Source: Muribaculaceae bacterium (GTDB lineage: Bacteria; Bacteroidota; Bacteroidia; Bacteroidales; Muribaculaceae). From it: a stretch of 34,246 nt of DNA. The notes below the pieces were generated by a model. It saw only the letters and a program-made list of their open reading frames with translations. It was not told the origin of the DNA and did not search any database. This document shows positions 28,401-34,246 of the stretch, piece by piece. Both the position numbers and the translations under genes were made by a program. Each line of letters begins with the position of its first letter. Positions within the stretch are counted from its first letter, which is position 1. The DNA lies in contig JBJEDD010000068.1 of NCBI GenBank assembly GCA_051871715.1, positions 13,912-48,157 of the forward strand, given 5' to 3'.

Positions 28401-29305
28401 TTCTGTGCCTCGTGCCTATGATAGGCATTGTCACTTGGATGATTATCCTCACCTTCACCTCCGGTACGGGCATGATTTCGAGCGCTGTTGAGGCTGTTGG
28501 TGGCGTCGTTGCCGTCATCATGGCTATCGGTGGCGCCCTCGCCGGTCTCTCCGGAGGCATCGTCGGTGCCGTCCTCGGTGGCTTGGCGGGCTACTGGCTT
28601 ACCGTGCTGATTTTCTGGCTACTCAGCGCCATAGCGCCCATCCTCTTAGCGTTATTGGCAATCGTCGGTGCCGTCTACTTCATCGTTAGACTCAACAAGT
28701 TCACCTCCGACACTTATATTTCTTCCGAGGACGAATACAACAAGTTGTACGACCAAGCCAACACCTACATCGTGTGCCACGGCTTGGGTACCGCATCTCG
28801 CACCTTCGGCAGCAATAATATCGACCCGACTCAGACCTTCCAAAGTTCAATCAACCTCGCTGCCTCGCAGAAGAAGGATACCGTGAAGGCTGCTGTCGGC
28901 ATGGTAATCCTCACCATCGTGACACTCGGGCTCGGCTTGCTCTTTGCCGGTGCTTTCTCCAATAGCGACAAGTACGCTTATGAAGATACTGAGGAAGTTA
29001 TCGAATGTATGGCAGATGACCCCATTGACCTTCTCGCCGGCTCATATACCGGTACGCTCAAGGGCAAGGACGCTTCGCTCACTATCACCAGGGCCTCAGG
29101 TGTTTACCCATTGGAAGCAACAGTCACTTGCGGCTCAAAAACTTACAATTGCCAAGGCAAAACCGAGGGCTCAACTGTTATATTATATGTGAATGGTGTC
29201 GCCGATAACCGCTTCAAAGGTGAATTGGCAAACAACGTTTACTCGGGCGACTATCAGCCTTACACCGGAGCCGCTCGTCAACAATTTGAATTTACCAAAC
29301 TATGA
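25436..29305 (+). CDS. Membrane-anchored Hanks-type Ser/Thr protein kinase with N-terminal Gly/Thr repeats and ~80-aa internal repeats
   Basis: SGEGRV loop, FALKIY, HRDIKPEN, SDFG, YASPE, DYYSMG; repeated Y.LC..L....PF/Y...IA..LW...LW.YL units; several hydrophobic helices near the C-terminus, then a small beta-rich domain. Confidence 0.9.
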   Translation: MSKTGTSVAGDGQMPQGAQNPATPGGTSIAGGTGTAVAGGTGTSVAGNGTGTAVAGGGANPQAAANQSGIPELPEYIINGHRFTKVKALGVPSGEGRVFVVENGGNQFALKIYRAGHTPDTAVLDAVKKAGGGFMVYLREHGAWVNPTPPGLAHYFELMDFCPYGSLGDIRIRTDEEFKAIATGMAFCIKQCHDNGFIHRDIKPENFLMTVPQIDPNAKSTVQFVVSDFGIGRLMGGKKNIITDLGKTGRYASPEACYSSNNVTVEMGFPTDYYSMGLTLLAMCIGVNTFPIVCKDSELDNYKRLGTVMEQLGPMIRLSDYSKSLLAALLENNPDDRADFKAIQEWIAGKTLKTKQQAAADAANAFKYVFDDSTNKIAHSTEELAELMMTDIEYAKRELYRGAIVRGLERLGRARIAGDIDNIVTNVYKQESEKEVGVYAACLCLDQSMPFIDRDGKECRTVTEIADALWRNRSFYATDLKNSASRLWAYLQARGDDNLKKFAGIYRPMIVKSGQHGVYALCKALKPGMPYYNPKGATMVAPKDIAEDLWNLRNTYSKDLADPNHSLWTFLKGLGANGAKLAKDYPSRINDHGEYALYGLCLSLDEETPFYAKNGNKCYDVSEIAQELWDLDSDYKKEVIDPMHPLWTYMRSWHDDEWTRIANEYPQKIKDRPAVWFYELIYRMDPTKPYLVKFVDDEKWHHINNFNALKTELYKHGIHDASLSLLCEADFVTWLTVQSDPKVAQRGALLEKLAKQLGSNASKNGWYLLYSIIPELSLTLQTDTKATDYIATNEQIGNALCQQINTGKYISNAVGAKIDLIATFKDPSAFKGSRLEQFMNARKMGNYINGILSIIDVNHCIAQHKSAPYDGFTARWKVVDYLGGKLKYVTAAGKEITDPRQLANLPSGEVSNEVSRGLPQFCSLWFHEGKGKSFSIKDLTSYHNFLNKYIPTAYNMRQSASMRSQLLDKIDERNRAWNALGNIRKWVMILCLVPMIGIVTWMIILTFTSGTGMISSAVEAVGGVVAVIMAIGGALAGLSGGIVGAVLGGLAGYWLTVLIFWLLSAIAPILLALLAIVGAVYFIVRLNKFTSDTYISSEDEYNKLYDQANTYIVCHGLGTASRTFGSNNIDPTQTFQSSINLAASQKKDTVKAAVGMVILTIVTLGLGLLFAGAFSNSDKYAYEDTEEVIECMADDPIDLLAGSYTGTLKGKDASLTITRASGVYPLEATVTCGSKTYNCQGKTEGSTVILYVNGVADNRFKGELANNVYSGDYQPYTGAARQQFEFTKL
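25448..25606 (+). repeat. Five GT(S/A)(V/I)AG peptide repeats in the kinase N-tail
   Basis: GTSVAG, GTSIAG, GTAVAG, GTSVAG, GTAVAG; codons differ between copies. Confidence 0.85.
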
Positions 29306-32300
29306 AATGCGTAAAATGTAACCGCGACAACCGCGACAAAGCCAAGTTCTGCAAGTATTGCGGCTCATCGCTGGCAGCCGGCAAACCCGGCTCGCCGGGC
29401 TTGGACACCATCATAGGAAAGCGCGACGCCGCCGAGTGGCTCCGCGCCACTATCGCCAGCGCCGAGGCTATCAAGCGCCAAGGACAGCAACAGGGCAGCG
29501 ACATGCGTGCCCGCCTGTGCTTCGCTATCACCGGCGTCTCGGGCTGCGGCAAGTCGTTCCTTGCCAAGGCTTTCGCCGCAGAGATGTTCCGCGCAGGCAT
29601 CACCGACCGCCCCGATGCAACCGTCATAAAATCCGCCGATTACAACAAATTTGTTGAGAAACTCGACGACAATATCAAGCCCATCAAGGGCAATGTACTC
29701 GTCATCGATGAGGCTCAAAAACTTTGTCCCGCCACTCGCGCCGACTCGGTCACCGAACTCGACAGTGTGCTCCAGCGCTGCCGTGATTGGTGCGACGACA
29801 CCGACAAGCCCATCGTCCTCTTCCTCGGCGACGAGCAACTCACTTCGTTCTTCGAGAACAACCCCGCCGCTCGCGCCATGATTCTGGACCTCATTGAGCT
29901 CCCCAAGCCCACCATAGAGGACGTCACCGCCATCGCTGTCGCCGAATTCCAAAATCTCGGCTTCACCGTGCCCCAGGACACCGCAGCCAAGATTTCGCGC
30001 GTCATCACCGCCACCAAGCGCCGCGACATCGACAAGTTTGACTACGGTCACTGCGCCCGCGATATGGCTTACGACGTATTCTCCCGACAAGCCGCCAACG
30101 GCATCGGCACCGTCACCCCCGAAATGATTGAAGGTGAGGAATTTATACCCAAAACTCTCGACGAGGTGATGAAGAGTTTCGACAAGTACGTCGGCGTCGA
30201 GGATATCAAGAACGCCATCCGCGAGATTGCACAAGCAGCCGACGATGCTCGCAGCAAGGGCTTGGCACCCAACGAGGTAGTCCAAAATCACTACGTATTC
30301 AAGGGCAACCCCGGCACCGGCAAGACCACCATGGCGCGCCTCTTCGCTGAGGCGCTCCAGGCTATGGGCGTACTCTCAAGCGGTCACATCGTCGAAGTCG
30401 ACCGCGAGAAACTCGTCTCCAACTATGTGGGCGACACCCCCAAGTTGGTGCGCAAAGCCGTCAACGATGCCCTCGGAGGTGTCCTCTTCATCGACGAGGC
30501 TTATGCCCTCTGGCGCGACAAAGATGACAAGGAGGGGCAACAAGTCGTCGACACACTCCTCAAGGACTGCGAAGACCTCCGTGGCAAGTTCGTCTGCCTC
30601 ATCGCCGGCTACCCCGTCGAGATGGACCGCTTCCTCGGCTCCAATCCCGGCTTACCTCGCCGCTTCAACAAGACTATCATCTTCCGCGATTACACCGGTC
30701 CCGAGCTTACTCAAATATTCCGCAACATGGCTACCGGTGGCAAGAATCCCGTAAAACTCGGCGACGACGTCGAGCAACAAATCGGCGCTTTCTTCGACAA
30801 GATTTACCTCACTCGCACCAAGCGATTTGGCAACGCCGGAACCGTGCGCAACATCCTCACCGATGCCATCGACCGAATGCGCAAACGTATCCAGAAAGCC
30901 AAGGACGACGGTACTTTCCGTCCCGAAGACGACAATGTGCTCATCATGGCTGACCTACAGGAGGACGAAGCCAAGACAGTAGACCAAATCCTCAACTCCT
31001 TTGACGACCTCGTCGGTATGAGCGATGTCAAGGAGCAAATCCGCTCCATCGCTCGCTCGGTCGAGATGCAACAGAAGTTGGTAGAGCTGGGTATCGGCGA
31101 GAGCAGTGTTACCAACATCCACATCATCCTCACCGGCAACCCAGGCACCGGCAAGACCACCGTGGCTATGCGGCTCGGACAAGTCTTCAAGGCTATGGGC
31201 GTCATTCCCACCGACCGCGTGGTTGTCAAGAAGAGCGAAGATATCTTTGACTCCTACAAGAACTCTGCCGGTCCCAACATGACCCAAGCTGTCGACGATG
31301 CCATGGGCGGCGTGCTCTTTATCGATGAGGCTTACAACCTCCTGCCCATGCGTGCTCCCGGGCAAGTCGACCAAGACGGCTCCGAGGCTATCGCCGCGCT
31401 CATGACTTGCATGAGCGAACGCGCCGGACAATTCATCACCGTCATCGCCGGTTACAAGACCGAAATCGACGAATTTATCCGAAACGCAAACCCCGGATTG
31501 GCGCGCCGCTTCACCCATCGCATCCACATCCCCGATTACTCTGCCGCCGACCTCACCACCATCTTCCTACAACAAGTCTCTAAGGCTAAGATGAAAATCA
31601 CCGAGGACGCCCAGAAACTCTTGGAACGCAAAATCGAGGAACTCGTCACCGCCAAGGACGAAAAATTCGGCAACGCCGGCACTATCGTCAACCTTTTCAA
31701 GGAGGCAAAAGATAAGCACTTCAACAACGTAACTACCAACGACGAGGTCGAGCGCCTCATCACCTTCTATCCCGAGGACATCCCCTACGACGCCCCCAAG
31801 CGCCTGGATATGGACGAGATTATGGCTAAACTCGACCACCTCGAGGGCTTGCAAGGTGTCAAGACCGCTATTCGCGACTTAGCCGACACTCTGCTCACCC
31901 TCCAGGCTCGCGCCGCCGATTCGGGCGAAAAAGCATCTATCAACCTCGACCACTACCTGTTCCTCGGCAACCCCGGCACCGGCAAGACCACCGTGGCGCG
32001 CATTATGGGCGACATATTCTACTCCCTCGGTCTGCTACCCTCCAACAAGGTCATCGAACTCTCTGCCAAGGACCTCAAAGCTCCTTACATTGGGCAGACC
32101 GCTCCTCTCGCCCACGCCGCCATGATGCGTGGCATGGGTGGCGTAGTGTTCATCGACGAGGCTTACTCTATCACTCAAGGTGAAGGCGAAAGCGGCTTCG
32201 GCAAGGAAGCCGTCTCCGAGATACTCCAAGTTATGGAGAACTACATGAATAAGTTCATAACCATCGCCGCCGGGTATCCTCGCGAGATGGCTGAATGGCT

Positions 32301-32625
32301 CGATAGCAACTCCGGTTTGTCGTGGCGTTTTACTGCCACTATCACCTTTGAGGATTACAACGCCGACGAACTCTCGCGCATCGCCGCCAATATGTTTGAG
32401 AAGAAAAACCTCAAAATCATGGACGCTGCCTTCACCGCCATGCACAACTACTTCGTGAAACTCACCACCCACAAGAGCCGCAACTTCGCCAACGCTCGCG
32501 AGGCGCGCAACTTCGTGGACAAGGTGCTCATCAACCAGGGCCGTCGACTGCGCCAAGAAATGAAGTTGCCCGACTTCGACCGCAACCGTTTCTACATCCT
32601 CGAGCCCTCGGATATGCAAGTCTAA
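29302..32625 (+). CDS. AAA+ ATPase with N-terminal zinc ribbon and four tandem CbbX/SpoVK/EccA-like AAA modules
   Basis: CVKC/CKYC; Walker A GVSGCGKS (29533) and GNPGTGKT (30304, 31135, 31966); Walker B VIDEA and FIDEAY x3; IAGY, NPGL.RRF and FGNAG/FANAR motifs; ATGA overlap with the kinase. Confidence 0.9.
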   Translation: MKCVKCNRDNRDKAKFCKYCGSSLAAGKPGSPGLDTIIGKRDAAEWLRATIASAEAIKRQGQQQGSDMRARLCFAITGVSGCGKSFLAKAFAAEMFRAGITDRPDATVIKSADYNKFVEKLDDNIKPIKGNVLVIDEAQKLCPATRADSVTELDSVLQRCRDWCDDTDKPIVLFLGDEQLTSFFENNPAARAMILDLIELPKPTIEDVTAIAVAEFQNLGFTVPQDTAAKISRVITATKRRDIDKFDYGHCARDMAYDVFSRQAANGIGTVTPEMIEGEEFIPKTLDEVMKSFDKYVGVEDIKNAIREIAQAADDARSKGLAPNEVVQNHYVFKGNPGTGKTTMARLFAEALQAMGVLSSGHIVEVDREKLVSNYVGDTPKLVRKAVNDALGGVLFIDEAYALWRDKDDKEGQQVVDTLLKDCEDLRGKFVCLIAGYPVEMDRFLGSNPGLPRRFNKTIIFRDYTGPELTQIFRNMATGGKNPVKLGDDVEQQIGAFFDKIYLTRTKRFGNAGTVRNILTDAIDRMRKRIQKAKDDGTFRPEDDNVLIMADLQEDEAKTVDQILNSFDDLVGMSDVKEQIRSIARSVEMQQKLVELGIGESSVTNIHIILTGNPGTGKTTVAMRLGQVFKAMGVIPTDRVVVKKSEDIFDSYKNSAGPNMTQAVDDAMGGVLFIDEAYNLLPMRAPGQVDQDGSEAIAALMTCMSERAGQFITVIAGYKTEIDEFIRNANPGLARRFTHRIHIPDYSAADLTTIFLQQVSKAKMKITEDAQKLLERKIEELVTAKDEKFGNAGTIVNLFKEAKDKHFNNVTTNDEVERLITFYPEDIPYDAPKRLDMDEIMAKLDHLEGLQGVKTAIRDLADTLLTLQARAADSGEKASINLDHYLFLGNPGTGKTTVARIMGDIFYSLGLLPSNKVIELSAKDLKAPYIGQTAPLAHAAMMRGMGGVVFIDEAYSITQGEGESGFGKEAVSEILQVMENYMNKFITIAAGYPREMAEWLDSNSGLSWRFTATITFEDYNADELSRIAANMFEKKNLKIMDAAFTAMHNYFVKLTTHKSRNFANAREARNFVDKVLINQGRRLRQEMKLPDFDRNRFYILEPSDMQV

Positions 32626-32646
32626 CCCACTCACCCCTCAACTGAT

Positions 32647-33360
32647 ATGGCAACACTCACCCCCTGCCCACACTGCAACGCTGACATTGAGAACGACAGC
32701 GTATTCTGCGACCAATGCGGCGCCGAGTTGCTCCAATGCCCCAAGTGTGGCAAATATCGCAAAGGCAAATTCTGCACCGAGTGTGGCTGCCCCACCGGCA
32801 AGCCATCAGGTGCCCCGGCTCAGCCTCAACAACCCACGCAACAGCCCGATAAACAAACTACTCAACAGCCTGTACAACAACCTCAGGCTCCGCAATATAT
32901 CGGACAACCTGTGCAGCCTCAGCAACCTGTGCAGCAACCTCAGGCTCCGCAATATATCGGACAGCCTATCCAACAGCCAATGGCTCGCCCCACGACAAAT
33001 CCCCCTATGGGTGGCACTTCAATCGCCGGTGGCGTCCCTGCCGGCGGCACATCGGTCGCCGGTGGCGCCCTTCCATCGCGTCTATCCTGCCACACCTACG
33101 GCATTGTCCTCACCCTGCAACCCGGCGCTATCCTGGGCCGCGTCAATGGCAACTATGTCGCCCAATTGAGCAGCCTCAACTTCATCTCCGGCACCCATGG
33201 GCGTTTCGATTCCACTCCCTCAGGTTGGACTTTCACCGACCTCGGTTCTACCAACGGCACTATGGTTAACGGTGCTCCTTGTATTCCTCACGTCCCACAG
33301 CCCCTGCATATCGGCGATGTGGTGCGTATCGGCAAAACTTATGACTTTTATGTAGAATAA
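32647..33360 (+). CDS. Double zinc ribbon + P/Q linker + FHA domain protein
   Basis: CPHC, CDQC, CPKC, CTEC; FHA signatures ILGR, ISGTHG, DLGSTNGT, GDVVRIG. Confidence 0.9.
   Translation: MATLTPCPHCNADIENDSVFCDQCGAELLQCPKCGKYRKGKFCTECGCPTGKPSGAPAQPQQPTQQPDKQTTQQPVQQPQAPQYIGQPVQPQQPVQQPQAPQYIGQPIQQPMARPTTNPPMGGTSIAGGVPAGGTSVAGGALPSRLSCHTYGIVLTLQPGAILGRVNGNYVAQLSSLNFISGTHGRFDSTPSGWTFTDLGSTNGTMVNGAPCIPHVPQPLHIGDVVRIGKTYDFYVE
32878..32963 (+). repeat. Direct repeat (29-nt exact core, 57-nt period) in the FHA protein linker
   Basis: CAACCTCAGGCTCCGCAATATATCGGACA at 32878 and 32935; QQPVQQPQAPQYIGQP occurs twice. Confidence 0.9.
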
Positions 33361-33362
33361 TT

Positions 33363-34246
33363 ATGAAATTCAGATACGACGTAGTGAGCGACGTGGGTCG
33401 TGCGCGCTCCAACAACGAAGATATGGCATTGGTATTCGGCGCTTTCGTCCGCGACGGCAGCAATGCCTCTATGGTCAAGATGGACTCCCGTCCGCGCTTC
33501 ACAGCCATCGTCGCCGACGGCATGGGCGGATATGGCGGCGGCGAAATCGCCTCCGAAATGACCCTCCGCTCTTTCAATCAGTTCATTCTCAACCTCCCTG
33601 CCGGGCTCGACGAGACCGACCTCCGTGTCGCTCTCAACAACTGGCTCGAAGCGCATCAAAATGCCATCTTCGCCGAGCAGACCAAGCCCGGTCTCGCACA
33701 GATGGGTACCACCCTCACCGGCATATTCACCTACGAGGACCGCGAATACATCATCAATGCAGGCGACTCGCGCGTTTATCGCTGGCGATACGGCGACTTG
33801 CGCCAACTCACTGTCGACCACAGCGAGCGCGAGCGCCTCAAGGACCCCACTGTGCCGTCCAACCTCATCTACAACGCCATTGGCGTGCCCAACGCATTCA
33901 TCACCATCACCCCGATGGTCGAGAAATACGCCATCGTCGACGGCGACCGCTACATCATCTGCTCCGACGGCTTGTGCGATATGATTGACGATGATGCCAT
34001 TGCTGCAATCCTCACCCAAAACGGCAACGCTCGCCAATTGGTCGACGCTGCCCTCAATGCCGGTGGTCTCGACAACTGCACAGTCATCGTCCTTGACGTA
34101 TCCAAGCCCGCCGAAGAGCCCGCTCCCGAGCAAGTCGAGCAGCAACCCGCCGAGCCCGAGACCAAGCCCGCCGAGCCGCTCACCCCGCCGGTTGAGCAGG
34201 CTACCGCACCACTCACCCGCGAAGAATTGGTCGCTCAAGAGGCTCC
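33363..34246 (+). CDS. PP2C/PPM-family Ser/Thr phosphatase (3' end outside window)
   Basis: Absent from the ORF track because it has no stop; manual translation MKFRYDVVSDVGRARSNNED...VADGMGG...MGTT...NAGDSRVY...LTVDHS...ICSDGL...GGLDNCTV, then a P/E-rich linker. Confidence 0.92.
   Translation, partial: MKFRYDVVSDVGRARSNNEDMALVFGAFVRDGSNASMVKMDSRPRFTAIVADGMGGYGGGEIASEMTLRSFNQFILNLPAGLDETDLRVALNNWLEAHQNAIFAEQTKPGLAQMGTTLTGIFTYEDREYIINAGDSRVYRWRYGDLRQLTVDHSERERLKDPTVPSNLIYNAIGVPNAFITITPMVEKYAIVDGDRYIICSDGLCDMIDDDAIAAILTQNGNARQLVDAALNAGGLDNCTVIVLDVSKPAEEPAPEQVEQQPAEPETKPAEPLTPPVEQATAPLTREELVAQEA

Noticed and set aside
29365-32634. Minus-strand ORFs of 190-308 aa inside the AAA gene
   Set aside because: Antisense shadows with no independent signals or domains.
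33348-34238. 296-aa minus-strand ORF in the track
   Set aside because: Antisense shadow of the plus-strand PP2C frame, which has all the catalytic motifs and fits the operon.
25436-34246. Interpretation as a T6SS or T7SS locus
   Set aside because: No Hcp, VgrG, TssB/C, FtsK/EccC or WXG100 gene in the window, and the ATPase is not ClpV-like; this cannot be excluded beyond the edge.
1-34246. CRISPR arrays, tRNA/rRNA genes, transposases, invertible promoters
   Set aside because: None seen by eye; the repeats found are coding or single hairpins. A covariance-model search was not possible.

Overview
Chromosomal window from a Bacteroidales bacterium; TAnnTTTG promoters, a SusC/SusD pair and T9SS-type C-terminal tails point there, and a Muribaculaceae/Prevotella-like host is an inference. 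It has four blocks. (1) 467-17265 is a complete fructan (probably levan) utilisation locus: a sugar-binding hybrid two-component sensor, SusC, SusD, a surface glycan-binding lipoprotein, a BT1760-like GH32 endo-levanase, and a divergent GH32 exo-fructosidase/MFS permease/fructokinase operon. It is extended by two paralogous secreted proteins of unrecognised family. (2) 17502-18878 is a lone, visibly AT-richer AlbA_2/RecG-C/HTH gene. (3) 18940-23895 is an operon encoding LysE, CBM9-like, transglutaminase-like, NlpC/P60 and Tat-signal Ala-Glu epimerase proteins, followed by rpmH. (4) 24299 to the end of the window is the most unusual block, an operon with its own consensus promoter. It encodes a multi-zinc-ribbon protein, a 1289-aa membrane Ser/Thr kinase with ~80-aa repeats, a four-module CbbX/SpoVK-like AAA+ ATPase, a zinc-ribbon-FHA protein and a PP2C phosphatase that runs off the window. 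The kinase N-tail and the FHA protein share a repeated GT(S/A)(V/I)AG motif, a candidate phospho-threonine docking code. All family calls come from motif recognition; no database search was run.
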